NCBI GenBank assembly: GCA_046582655.1
Contig: JAYGDX010000171.1
Span: forward strand, 32,974 to 96,973
Direction: 5' to 3'
From: Candidatus Poribacteria bacterium
Lineage (GTDB): Bacteria > Poribacteria > WGA-4E > UBA9662
DNA length: 64,000 bases
Shown here: piece by piece, positions 50,161 through 59,845 of the stretch
How positions within the stretch are numbered: position 1 is the first letter of the stretch
How the letters are laid out: every line of letters begins with the position of its first letter
The notes under the pieces: model-generated
Seen by the model: only the letters and a program-made list of their open reading frames with translations
Databases searched by the model: none
What the model was told of the DNA's origin: nothing
Position numbers and translations under genes: made by a program

Positions 50161-50463
50161 ACGGATTTATCAGTGCTGAATGTTACATAGAGTTAAATTT
50201 AACGTAGTTTTAAGCAACATATATGCTTAGAGTTGTAGTTGTGACGTGGTTTGGTGCAAAATTAACAAAACCTGTCGAACCAACTATCGTATTGCACTTA
50301 ACGGTGATTGTATTTTCCGCTGATAGTAATTTGGTTCAAACACCTGTTTCCTCCGCGGTGGTTCGGGATTGATAGAATTGTCTGGCTGGAATATCAGCCA
50401 AACAAGACTAACATCATTGCCTGTCTGTTGCTAAGGCTGTTTTATGCAGAAATCCATACCTTG

Positions 50464-51255
50464 ATGTCTGACTCAACTACAGTTACCTGCCCAGATTGTA
50501 GCGCTGAAATTTCTGCAGATCTGTATTTTTCAGCCAAGCAAGTTTGTTACAAATGTGGCTATCATTTTGCCATAAGTCCTGAGGAAAGACTCAGTCATTT
50601 GGTTGATTCGGATAGTTTCGTTGAGCTTGACACCGGATTGTTTTCGGTAAATCCGCTGGATTTTCCTGATTATGAGTTGAAACTTACGCGTGATGCTGAA
50701 AGAACTGGCAGACGATCCGAAATAATGACCGGTATAGCGGAGATTGGCTGTTTTCCTGTTGCAATTGCTGTTGGTGATGTCCAGTTCATGGGTGGCAGTA
50801 TGGGATCTGTTGTTGGCGAAAAACTGACTCGTACTATCGAATGTGCAACAAACCGGAAATTACCGTTAGTTACTGTCGCTGTTAGTGGTGGCATGCGAAT
50901 GCAGGAAGGTACACTCGCCCTTATGCAGATGGAAAAGACTGCGGCTGCATGTGTCCGGCATGCCGAAGCTGGGTTGTTTCATCTGTCTATTGTCACAGAC
51001 CCGACTTTTGGAGGAACAACAGCTAGTTTCGCTTCGCTTGGCCATGTCATTCTTGCTGAACCTGGTGCCCGGGTCGGATTCGCTGGACCGAGAGCTATTG
51101 CTAGTATCCGAGAGAAACTTCCGGACAATTTCCAAAAAGCTGAATTTCTATTGGAGCATGGGATGATCGATCAAATTATACACCGCCATGAGATGAGAGA
51201 TTTTGTGGTGGATTTACTCGATTTCTGTAGCACTTCGGAAAGTATTGGTGTTTAA
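50464..51255 (+). CDS. accD: Acetyl-CoA carboxylase carboxyltransferase beta subunit
   Basis: CPDC..CYKC zinc finger; FMGGSMGSVVGEK, SGGMRMQEG and GFAGPR motifs. Start chosen at ATG 50464. Confidence 0.92.
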   Translation: MSDSTTVTCPDCSAEISADLYFSAKQVCYKCGYHFAISPEERLSHLVDSDSFVELDTGLFSVNPLDFPDYELKLTRDAERTGRRSEIMTGIAEIGCFPVAIAVGDVQFMGGSMGSVVGEKLTRTIECATNRKLPLVTVAVSGGMRMQEGTLALMQMEKTAAACVRHAEAGLFHLSIVTDPTFGGTTASFASLGHVILAEPGARVGFAGPRAIASIREKLPDNFQKAEFLLEHGMIDQIIHRHEMRDFVVDLLDFCSTSESIGV

Positions 51256-51399
51256 TTTGAAATTTAGAATCTGTAATTTATTTTTCTAGTGTTTCATAGT
51301 GTCGCATGATATTTCTTCCAACCGTCTACGGAACTGTAATTACCGCTACAATGTATTGCCTTGAATTATGACGTTGAAGCTGAATTAAAGGAGGAGAAT

Positions 51400-51432
51400 T
51401 TAAACAACCTCTCATAAGTAGAGGTTGTTTAA
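51400..51432. promoter_or_regulatory. Perfect 13-bp hairpin between the SD and start codon of topA
   Basis: ttaaacaacctct-cataagt-agaggttgtttaa; AAGGAGG at 51388-51394; ATG at 51440. Confidence 0.5.
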
Positions 51433-51439
51433 CAAAGGT

Positions 51440-53764
51440 ATGAGTAAAAAATTAGTTATCGTTGAATCGCCGACCAAAGCGAAAACTATCTCCAGATTTC
51501 TGGGTAATGAATATTTAGTCGAATCATCTTTTGGACATATAAGGGATCTTCCAGAAAAAAAGATGGGGATTAATATAGAAAATGACTTTGAGCCGCATTA
51601 CGAAATTCCTGATAAGGCAGCAAGCATTGTTGCCAGGCTGAGAAAAATTGCTAAGAGCGTAGATAGGGTGTATCTAGCAACAGATGCAGATCGGGAGGGA
51701 GAAGCCATCGCATGGCATTTGACAGAAGCTTTAGGTATTGATCTTGATCAGACTGAAAGAATTGTCTTCCACGAGATAACGGAAACTGCAATCCAGAATG
51801 CGATTCAAAATCCTAGGCATATCAACCTTGATCTGGTGGATGCACAGCAAGCTCGGCGCGTATTGGATCGGCTGGTTGGTTATGAGCTTTCTCCATTTCT
51901 GTGGAAAAAAGTTGCCAAGGGATTGTCAGCGGGCCGAGTCCAATCAGTTGCGTTACGCCTGATTGTTGAAAGAGAAGATCAAATAAAGAAGTTTGAACCG
52001 CAAGAATATTGGACTGTTACCGCGGATTTCAAATGTAAAGATAATGAAGATGTCAAGTTAACAGCCGAACTTCACGCTAAAGAAGGTAAGAAGTTGAAAA
52101 AATTTGACATTCCTCACCAGGAATTAGCGGGTGAAATGGTAACACGGTTAAGAGCCAGTGAATATTATGTCCTCAAGATTACAAAAAAGCAGCAAACAAG
52201 AAATCCTGCTCCGCCTTATATCACTTCTTCCATGCAGCAGGATGCGAATCGTAAGTTAGGTTTTTCAGCCAAACAGACAATGTTTATTGCCCAGAAAATG
52301 TATGAAGGCATTAATGTTGGTAGCGATGGTGAACAGGGTTTAATTACCTATATGAGAACGGATTCTCTAAATTTGTCTCCAAGTTTTCTGAGTGACGTAA
52401 GACAGTATATTGCGTCTGAGGTTGGTCCAGATTACTGCCCAAACAAACCAAAGGTCTTTAAAAGCAAATCGAAAGGAGCTCAGGAAGCGCATGAAGCGAT
52501 TCGTCCAACGTCAGTTGCTCGTACACCTCAGTCAATTAAGAAATATTTAGATGATAAGACCTTTAAACTTTATAAATTGATTTGGGAACGTGCTGTTGCC
52601 AGCCAGATGCAGCCAGCAATCGTTGAGAGGACTACCATTGACATTAATACTTCTGATGACTACTATACGTTGAGGGCTTCCGGTGGGATAATCAAATTTG
52701 ATGGTTTCTTGCGGGTTGTCTCTGATCAGCTTGAAGAAACGATATTACCCCAATTGGAAGAAGATGCCAGTATGTTGCTTGAAAAAGTTACGCCAAAACA
52801 ACATTTTACCGAACCGCCATCGCGATATTCAGATGCCAGCATTGTTAAAGAACTGGAGGAATATGGTATTGGGCGTCCATCTACTTATGCACCAACTATC
52901 AGTACTATTATTGATCGTGGTTATGTGGAAAGGCTAGGACAAAGTCGCTTAAACCCAACGGATATTGGTGTGTTGGTCAACGACGTATTAACCAAACATT
53001 TCACCAATATTATAGACTACGAATTTACAGCCAGATTGGAAACGGATTTTGACACTATATCAGAGGGAAAACATAATTGGCAGTCCGCTGTCAAAAAGTT
53101 CTATGAACCATTTAAGGAAAATCTCGAAAATAAATCCGAAACGGTCAAAAGAGAAGATCTTATAAAAAAGAGAGAAATCGGTATTGATCCCGAATCCGGT
53201 CTTCCAATTATCGCTCGTATTGGTCGATTCGGTGCTTATGTCCAATTAGGTGAGTGGAGTGAAGAAGGTAAAGAGGCAAATGATGGTAAGCCTAAGATGT
53301 CTTCATTGGAAAAAGGTCAAAGTATTGACACACTAAGTTTAGAAGAAGCATTACAACTCTTAGTATTACCTCGTATGGTTGGAAAAAATGCAGATGATGA
53401 AGAGATTATCGCCAATATTGGTCGCTACGGGCCTTACCTTAAAGTTGGGGGGAAAACTGTATCTCTGCCAGAAAATTATAGTCCCCAGACTATCAGCCTA
53501 GTGGAATGTAAGGCGGTTATTGAACAGGCGGATAAAATTAGTGAGGAGAAAGCAAAGCCTATATCAGACTTGGGTGAAGATCCAACAACAAAAGGTCAAA
53601 TATTGGTTAAAAATGGCCGTTATGGTCCATATATTACGGATGGTAAAACTAATGTGTCGGTTCCCAAAAATATGGAGCCAAATGATATTACCAGAGAATC
53701 TGCGATAGATCTATTAGATAAAAAGAGGAACAGTCCTTCTAGAAGTCGAAAAAAGTCGAAATAA
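51440..53764 (+). CDS. topA: DNA topoisomerase I (type IA)
   Basis: IVESPTK, ATDADREGE, SAGRVQS, ITYMRTD and AHEAIRPT motifs; C-terminal GR(F/Y)G.Y repeats instead of zinc ribbons. Confidence 0.96.
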   Translation: MSKKLVIVESPTKAKTISRFLGNEYLVESSFGHIRDLPEKKMGINIENDFEPHYEIPDKAASIVARLRKIAKSVDRVYLATDADREGEAIAWHLTEALGIDLDQTERIVFHEITETAIQNAIQNPRHINLDLVDAQQARRVLDRLVGYELSPFLWKKVAKGLSAGRVQSVALRLIVEREDQIKKFEPQEYWTVTADFKCKDNEDVKLTAELHAKEGKKLKKFDIPHQELAGEMVTRLRASEYYVLKITKKQQTRNPAPPYITSSMQQDANRKLGFSAKQTMFIAQKMYEGINVGSDGEQGLITYMRTDSLNLSPSFLSDVRQYIASEVGPDYCPNKPKVFKSKSKGAQEAHEAIRPTSVARTPQSIKKYLDDKTFKLYKLIWERAVASQMQPAIVERTTIDINTSDDYYTLRASGGIIKFDGFLRVVSDQLEETILPQLEEDASMLLEKVTPKQHFTEPPSRYSDASIVKELEEYGIGRPSTYAPTISTIIDRGYVERLGQSRLNPTDIGVLVNDVLTKHFTNIIDYEFTARLETDFDTISEGKHNWQSAVKKFYEPFKENLENKSETVKREDLIKKREIGIDPESGLPIIARIGRFGAYVQLGEWSEEGKEANDGKPKMSSLEKGQSIDTLSLEEALQLLVLPRMVGKNADDEEIIANIGRYGPYLKVGGKTVSLPENYSPQTISLVECKAVIEQADKISEEKAKPISDLGEDPTTKGQILVKNGRYGPYITDGKTNVSVPKNMEPNDITRESAIDLLDKKRNSPSRSRKKSK

Positions 53765-53812
53765 CATGGAATTGGGATAACCGTAGGTTTTTCCCGATAA
53801 GAAATTCTAACA

Positions 53813-54469
53813 ATGATTCAAGTTTATAAAGTCGACATGAGCTATAAGAAGGACATCAAAATCCTTCGCAACATCAGTTTTAATGTTGATGAAGGGGATT
53901 TCGTCTTTTTGGTAGGCCCTAGTGGAACTGGGAAGACGACCATCCTGCGGATATTATATCGTGAATTGATACCGACCTCAGGCGAAGTGGTTGTGATTGG
54001 GAAACATTTGAACCGAATTCGCAATTCCGCCATCCCGAAATTGCGGCGCCAGATGGGGGTTGTGTTTCAAGACTGTAAACTTCTTCCTAATAAGACTGTT
54101 CAACAAAATATAGCGTTGGCAATGAAAGTTACTGGAGCTAAGCGGACAGAAATCCAAAGTAATGTTAATCAATTGATCCACCAGATGGGGCTGGTTCATA
54201 GACGGGACGCTTACCCGGAGGAACTTTCCGGTGGTGAGCAGCAACGCGTTGCTATAGCCAGAGCAACGGTGAACAGTCCCTTGTTACTTATGGCTGATGA
54301 GCCGACGGGAAATCTTGATCCAAAATTATCTCTAGAGATTATGCATCTGTTTGAGAGCTTTAATTTTCGTGGCGCAACTGTCTTGGTTGCTACACATGAT
54401 TTGGCACTGGTACAACAACTTGGCAAGCGGGTGATTCGGATTGAAGACGGTCGGGTTGTTGAAACTTAA
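53813..54469 (+). CDS. ftsE: Cell division ATP-binding protein FtsE
   Basis: GPSGTGKT, LRRQMGVVFQD.KLL, LSGGEQQRVAIARA and ADEPTGNLDP motifs. Confidence 0.9.
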   Translation: MIQVYKVDMSYKKDIKILRNISFNVDEGDFVFLVGPSGTGKTTILRILYRELIPTSGEVVVIGKHLNRIRNSAIPKLRRQMGVVFQDCKLLPNKTVQQNIALAMKVTGAKRTEIQSNVNQLIHQMGLVHRRDAYPEELSGGEQQRVAIARATVNSPLLLMADEPTGNLDPKLSLEIMHLFESFNFRGATVLVATHDLALVQQLGKRVIRIEDGRVVET

Positions 54470-54564
54470 AAAAAACAATATCGGTTTCAAGTCTTTCTGA
54501 GATCTATTTTTGCGTTCTCTTAGCAGAATTTCAATACCTCCCACTCAGTAGTAATAGAACAGAT

Positions 54565-55749
54565 TTAGGTTGGAGCAGGCACGAACTTTCCTAAAATCAC
54601 CGAGGCAGTAGCACCAGTTACTTGCGGCAGATTTCCCGTGTGTCCATGAATTGCTTCGTTTGCCAGAACAGCAAATGCAATTGCCTCTTTGGCATCATTG
54701 AATGGCGCCGACTCGATTGAGATTGGATCAAATAAATCAGAGATACGTTTTATGAGTGTGCGGTTATGTATACCTCCACCACTAACCAGAATCTTCTCAA
54801 TTTTATGGTAGGGTAGTAGAAAGGTCTGGTAGTGATAAAAGATAGTTTGTGCGGTGAACTCAGTGACTGTCGCTACTATATCCGCATTGGATAATTTCTT
54901 GTCTTTTGAATCTTTAATGGCTTGCATAGCGAACTGCTGACCAAAATCTTCCCGACCGGTGGTTTTGGGGGGTATTCCTTTGATGAAAGGATGATCCATC
55001 CACTTGTTAATCAACTGGGAACAGATACGACCTTGATTAGCAATTTGGCCGTCACGGTCGAACTGCTGACGACCATTGGTAACGATTTCAGTCACTGCAT
55101 CGATAATCATATTTCCTGGACCGGTGTCGGAGGCAACAACTTGTTCTGCTCTTGCGTTTGCTGGTATTAGGGTAAGATTGGCAATACCTCCGATATTTTG
55201 CAAAGCGATTGTTTTATCTTGTTGCCGGAAGAGGAGAAAATCAACATAAGATACCAATGGCGCTCCCTGACCACCAGCTGCCATGTCTGCTACTCGAAAA
55301 TCTGCCACAACTGGGGTTTTTGTGCGGTGGGCGATGACAGCTGGTTCCCCGATTTGAAGCGTTGATGGTACATATTTTTTAGCGTGTTTCTGTGGCGGGA
55401 GATGATAGATAGTTTGACCGTGTGATCCGATCAGATCAACATTACTAAGCATGAGGTTGGCGGATTTAATAACTTTAATTGCTGTTTCTGCAAAAATTTC
55501 TCCGATCAGGAAATTCATTTGACAGATCTTGTCTACGCTAGACTTTTCGGGATTAAAAAGTTCAAAAATACGTCGCCGGATATCTTCAGGAAATGGGAGT
55601 GTTTCAAACGCAATTAGGTCTACTTCTGTTTCAAGCCCTTTACCTGTTACCTCAACTAGCGAAGCATCAACGCCATCGGTAGATGTTCCCGACATGAGTC
55701 CGACGATTTTCTTGCTTTCTTTGTTTGATAGTGAATGGAAAGATTCCAT
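54565..55749 (-). CDS. anmK: Anhydro-N-acetylmuramic acid kinase
   Basis: GLMSGTS.DG, GSHGQT, GGQGAPL, NIGGIAN, DTGPGN and KEAIAFA motifs. Confidence 0.95.
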   Translation of the reverse strand: MESFHSLSNKESKKIVGLMSGTSTDGVDASLVEVTGKGLETEVDLIAFETLPFPEDIRRRIFELFNPEKSSVDKICQMNFLIGEIFAETAIKVIKSANLMLSNVDLIGSHGQTIYHLPPQKHAKKYVPSTLQIGEPAVIAHRTKTPVVADFRVADMAAGGQGAPLVSYVDFLLFRQQDKTIALQNIGGIANLTLIPANARAEQVVASDTGPGNMIIDAVTEIVTNGRQQFDRDGQIANQGRICSQLINKWMDHPFIKGIPPKTTGREDFGQQFAMQAIKDSKDKKLSNADIVATVTEFTAQTIFYHYQTFLLPYHKIEKILVSGGGIHNRTLIKRISDLFDPISIESAPFNDAKEAIAFAVLANEAIHGHTGNLPQVTGATASVILGKFVPAPT

Positions 55750-55768
55750 GTGTAAATGATTCTAGCAG

Positions 55769-56326
55769 TTACGATGTAAGAGGGGTAGTGATTTCTTGGT
55801 TTTCGTTTTTTAATTGGTTTAGGTAGGCTTGTCGGATTTGGTTAAAGGCATTAATACTCGCGGGTTTTTGGTAATCAGGATAGGTCCATTTAAGAGGCCG
55901 GAAAGATTTATTAAAAAATTTCAGTGTGATCTCTGCATATATGCTTTGCTGTAGATAAATTCGGTGGGCTTGATTTTTGGTTGTTGCCAGAACAAGTTTA
56001 GCTAGAGTGACATAACCGGGGTCGAGGTTAACACACCGTTTATTATTAACAGAAAATTGATGCTCAAGATGATTGCAGAGAAGCTTAATGCCAGCGATTT
56101 TTTCGGGCGTTATCAGGTTGGTGAAACTCACAAAACGACGACTGAGACTATTCCCCATCTCTTCCTGATAATAATTGGTATGATCGAAAGCGTATGGATC
56201 ACTTACGAAATCAATTTTATCAAAATGTTGTGATAAACAAGCCTGTACCTTTTGAAAAAGAGAATCAGTTGCCGTAATCGTAGCAACGATGAGCTTGACT
56301 GGAGCAACTGGTTCGACCGAGCCCAT
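55769..56326 (-). CDS. DUF4416 family protein
   Basis: YYQEEMG, NLDPGY, LATTKN..HRIYL and WTYPDY motifs. Confidence 0.85.
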   Translation of the reverse strand: MGSVEPVAPVKLIVATITATDSLFQKVQACLSQHFDKIDFVSDPYAFDHTNYYQEEMGNSLSRRFVSFTNLITPEKIAGIKLLCNHLEHQFSVNNKRCVNLDPGYVTLAKLVLATTKNQAHRIYLQQSIYAEITLKFFNKSFRPLKWTYPDYQKPASINAFNQIRQAYLNQLKNENQEITTPLTS

Positions 56327-56334
56327 TTACTGAC

Positions 56335-56769
56335 CTATTCTTCAGAGTCGGAAGGTTGATTTTCCTCTTTCACTTTTTCCTTATCCGCTTTGCCTGTTTG
56401 GTCTTCTGCCTCTGCGCCGTAAGTGAATTCTGTTTCAAGCAGGATGCGAATCGGCTTCATCCACATTCTGGCGATATTCAGGTCATAAGGAGCGTATGGC
56501 TCATCTGGGTCACCTGTTTCGACAAAAAATTGAGGTAGCTTGGCCTGTTCCGTTTCGATGAATTTGCGAATGGCAATTGTTGCATCGTAGGCTGATGCAA
56601 TACGAGTGGCTTCTTTAATTGCTTCAACAACTTGGTGCCTCTCTTTTGCCTCCCGCCTAAGTTTCCGTCTCTGTGAGCCGACAACCCGTAGCAGACTAAA
56701 GGTGATTACCAGAAAAAAACCGGCCCCTGCCAAGCCTAGAGCTGCAATTACGAGAAAAACCGTCGTCAT
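56335..56769 (-). CDS. Hypothetical single-pass membrane protein
   Basis: N-terminal hydrophobic helix and charged coiled segment; co-oriented and closely spaced with the downstream genes. Confidence 0.7.
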   Translation of the reverse strand: MTTVFLVIAALGLAGAGFFLVITFSLLRVVGSQRRKLRREAKERHQVVEAIKEATRIASAYDATIAIRKFIETEQAKLPQFFVETGDPDEPYAPYDLNIARMWMKPIRILLETEFTYGAEAEDQTGKADKEKVKEENQPSDSEE

Positions 56770-56865
56770 GTAGAATAGATCCTTACATTTATGTCCAAAT
56801 CCCTGATATTATACGTGTGATAGATTTTGAGAGCAAGAAAAAAGATTTCCCCTATCATCGGATTA

Positions 56866-57366
56866 ATGGATAATTGCCAAATTATAATGTTGGTTGAGCA
56901 GCTGAAAAATAAACATCCGGGTGTGCGGTGCTATGCGGCTGAGGAACTCGGTCATATTGGAGATATAAGTGTGGTGCCTGATCTTGTTGAACTGCTGCAA
57001 GACGATCATCAAGAAGTTAGGGCCAGTGTTGCCAGAGCGTTAGGGGAAATCAACCATCAAAGTGCATTAACAGCACTGGTTGGAACTTTATCAGATCCAG
57101 TCGGTTCTGTCCGAGTTTGGGTAGCGTATGCTATTGAACAGATAGGTACATCGAACGAGGCTGCGATTCGGGGCCTAATTTCCTCACTGCAGGATTCAGA
57201 GTGGTTTGTCAGGTCTCGAGTTGCTACAGGACTCGGAACAATTGGTGTTCATTCTAAGGGAGCTAAGTTAGCGCTGAAAAATGCATTGAAAGATCCCAAC
57301 CAGACAGTTCGAAAAAATGCCGAAATAGCACTGCGGAAAATCAATTATGACTCAAAGACGGAATGA
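56866..57366 (+). CDS. HEAT/PBS-lyase repeat protein
   Basis: Repeats VR..AA..LG.IG and L...L.D....VR. Start uncertain (56827, 56866 or 56887). Confidence 0.82.
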   Translation: MDNCQIIMLVEQLKNKHPGVRCYAAEELGHIGDISVVPDLVELLQDDHQEVRASVARALGEINHQSALTALVGTLSDPVGSVRVWVAYAIEQIGTSNEAAIRGLISSLQDSEWFVRSRVATGLGTIGVHSKGAKLALKNALKDPNQTVRKNAEIALRKINYDSKTE

Positions 57367-58310
57367 GGGAGTGGATCTCCGTTTAAACCGGAAATTAGGT
57401 TATCATGCGCCATCTGTGCCATCTTCATTCGAGTTTGAACCGTTGCGCTTCCAAGGTGAGGACAAATAAGAATATTGTCTAATGACAAAAGTGGGTGATT
57501 TGTATTGATTGGTTCTGGTTCTGTCACGTCGAGAGCAGCACCGGCAATTTCGCCGATGATCAGGGCGCGATACAATTCATCGTGATCGACAATGCCTCCC
57601 CGAGCAATATTCACCAATATGGCGTTTGGTTTCATCATCTTCAGTTCTTGTTTGCCAATCAGATGATGCGTTTCCGGCAACATGGGCAGGTGAAGGGTAA
57701 CAAAATCAGACGATTCTAACAATCGATCTAGCGTTGCATATTCGATCCCCAGTTCCTCTTCCCAGTCGGTTCGACGATTTCGTTTGAAATATAGGACCTT
57801 CATACCAAATCCCAATGCACGTTTGGCAACAGCGTAACCGATCCGTCCCATACCGACGATACCGATTGTTGCGTGGTGTATCTCTTGTCCCCAAAAGATA
57901 TTAGGATCGTAAAATGTCCACTTTTTTGATCTAACGAATTTGTTGGAAGGAACAACATTGCGAGCGATACTTAACAACAGTGCAAATGTCATATCAGCAG
58001 TTGTGTCGCTTAAAACGCCGGGCGTATTTCCAACTTCGATACCTCGTGATTTGGCAGCTACTGTGTCAATGTGATCGTATCCGACACCCATGTTTGAAAT
58101 GACTTTCAAATTGGGCGAACTTGCCATCATTTCGTCGGTGATTGGTTCATGACTGTAGGTTAACAATCCATCCAATTCATGGATTTTTTCCGTGGTTGGT
58201 GCTGGAATTTCGCTGGTATGCCACATCTCGACATCACAGGTTTCCCTTAGTTTTGATAAAATTTGGTCTGGTATCGGACGTGTGATAAAAACTCTCGGTT
58301 TTTCTGACAT
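57345..58310 (-). CDS. D-isomer-specific 2-hydroxyacid dehydrogenase (glyoxylate reductase-like)
   Basis: GVGYDHID, GIVGMGRIG, NIARG, LDVTEPEP and PHLGSAT motifs. Confidence 0.93.
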   Translation of the reverse strand: MSEKPRVFITRPIPDQILSKLRETCDVEMWHTSEIPAPTTEKIHELDGLLTYSHEPITDEMMASSPNLKVISNMGVGYDHIDTVAAKSRGIEVGNTPGVLSDTTADMTFALLLSIARNVVPSNKFVRSKKWTFYDPNIFWGQEIHHATIGIVGMGRIGYAVAKRALGFGMKVLYFKRNRRTDWEEELGIEYATLDRLLESSDFVTLHLPMLPETHHLIGKQELKMMKPNAILVNIARGGIVDHDELYRALIIGEIAGAALDVTEPEPINTNHPLLSLDNILICPHLGSATVQTRMKMAQMAHDNLISGLNGDPLPHSVFES

Positions 58311-58327
58311 CTATTCCTCCTTTAAAT

Positions 58328-59095
58328 TTATTTCAGATTTGCTGTTACCGGTAAGTGATCTGAGTGTACCCATAACCCATCGACTTGTGGGCCATCATTT
58401 CGAAAACCTTCATCACGAACCACTCGTGCGTTAACAAGTCTTGAGATCAACGGTTGGCTCACGTAGATGTGGTCGATTTTGTGCTGTTTTATCCCAATGG
58501 TATCCATAGTCCACTGGACACCTCCACCGACTTCTTCCATGACATTACTGAATTTCAGTTCTTTGAGATAAGTGTGAATTTGTTCATGCACTTCACAATT
58601 AAAATCGCCCATTATGATAAATTGATCGGTGTCATCAAGCATCTTTTTAATGTGATTTTGCAAGATTTCTGCTTCCAAATCACGCAACTCTTCTCGGCTG
58701 GGGTGTAAATGAATAACCATGACCCACATCAGCGTATGATTATCAGGATCTAATAAAACTGCCCCTGCACACCGGCTTAGTGGTAAGTCAGCAGCATGAG
58801 GTATTGTGTGGCTGAACGTTCGCGACTCTAGAATTGGAAACTTAGTGATCAAGTGTCCCGGCCAGGCGACAGGTGATGGAAAAGTGGCAAGATTCATCCC
58901 CATGCCGACTGCAATTCGCTGGATTTGCGGAAATGTGACACCCTCTTGCAATCCAAGGATATCGCAATTCAGTTCTTGAAAAACCTTAATAAAGTGATTC
59001 GTAGCATCTTGGCTGAGACGATCACCGATTGTTTTTTCTGCTTCTTCCCTTGGATACCCGGTTAGTCCCAGCACATTATATGTACCGATTCTCAT
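58328..59095 (-). CDS. Endonuclease/exonuclease/phosphatase family protein
   Basis: TYNV, LQE, GDFN, IDHI and SDHLPV motifs. Confidence 0.9.
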   Translation of the reverse strand: MRIGTYNVLGLTGYPREEAEKTIGDRLSQDATNHFIKVFQELNCDILGLQEGVTFPQIQRIAVGMGMNLATFPSPVAWPGHLITKFPILESRTFSHTIPHAADLPLSRCAGAVLLDPDNHTLMWVMVIHLHPSREELRDLEAEILQNHIKKMLDDTDQFIIMGDFNCEVHEQIHTYLKELKFSNVMEEVGGGVQWTMDTIGIKQHKIDHIYVSQPLISRLVNARVVRDEGFRNDGPQVDGLWVHSDHLPVTANLK

Positions 59096-59108
59096 TCGAA
59101 TCCTCCTT

Positions 59109-59843
59109 TTATTTAGAATGCATTAATTTTTCAATAGCGTTTTCCAATTGACGGTAATCGCTGATAGTAGCGTTGGCCAGATCTTCGTTCTCTTGTTCGG
59201 TTGTTACGCCAGCAAAACGAATAGCGTACATCCCCGCGTTTTTAGCGCCTGTGATGTCGGTACGGACGAGATCACCAATATGTAAAGCTTCCGATGGATT
59301 AACCCCCATTTTTTCGAGGGTTGTTCGGTACTGAACAACATCTGGTTTGGTAAAACCTGTTTCATCTGAAAAGGTTTGTACCGAAAAATAATCCAGAATT
59401 TCATTGTTCTTCAGCATGTCACGCAAAAAGGTTCCGGCTGTCATTCCGGTGTCAGAAATAATTCCCAACTGATATTTATCAGCTAACTGAGGAAGTAGGT
59501 CTTTAATAAAGGGGGCCAAAGGCGGAGGATGTAGTAGGGTTGAATTGCCGGTAATTGATTTAACTTGATGTGCTTGAAATGGTGTTAGATTGATTCCCAA
59601 CGTTTTGGTAAACTGTAAGATGCACTCTTCCATTGACACGCCGCGGTGAATTTGCCAGGCTTCCGCCACCAGTTCATATGCCATCTGGTAGGCGTGTTTT
59701 ACTTTTCCAAAAGTAAACTTATAACCGTATTTAGACAGAAATTCTTGGCAATAAGTTGCCCTGTGATTTTCTCGTTGTTTAATTAATTCCGTATTATCAG
59801 CGTAAAGTGTTTGCCAAAAGTCAAAGGTAATTGCTTGAATCAA
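59109..59843 (-). CDS. HAD-superfamily hydrolase
   Basis: FDFWQTL, ISDT, KP and HIGD...D motifs. Confidence 0.88.
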   Translation of the reverse strand: MIQAITFDFWQTLYADNTELIKQRENHRATYCQEFLSKYGYKFTFGKVKHAYQMAYELVAEAWQIHRGVSMEECILQFTKTLGINLTPFQAHQVKSITGNSTLLHPPPLAPFIKDLLPQLADKYQLGIISDTGMTAGTFLRDMLKNNEILDYFSVQTFSDETGFTKPDVVQYRTTLEKMGVNPSEALHIGDLVRTDITGAKNAGMYAIRFAGVTTEQENEDLANATISDYRQLENAIEKLMHSK

Positions 59844-59845
59844 AT

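Noticed and set aside
50308..50463. N-terminal extension of AccD from TTG 50308
   Set aside because: The extension is unlike AccD N-termini; family similarity starts at the zinc finger.
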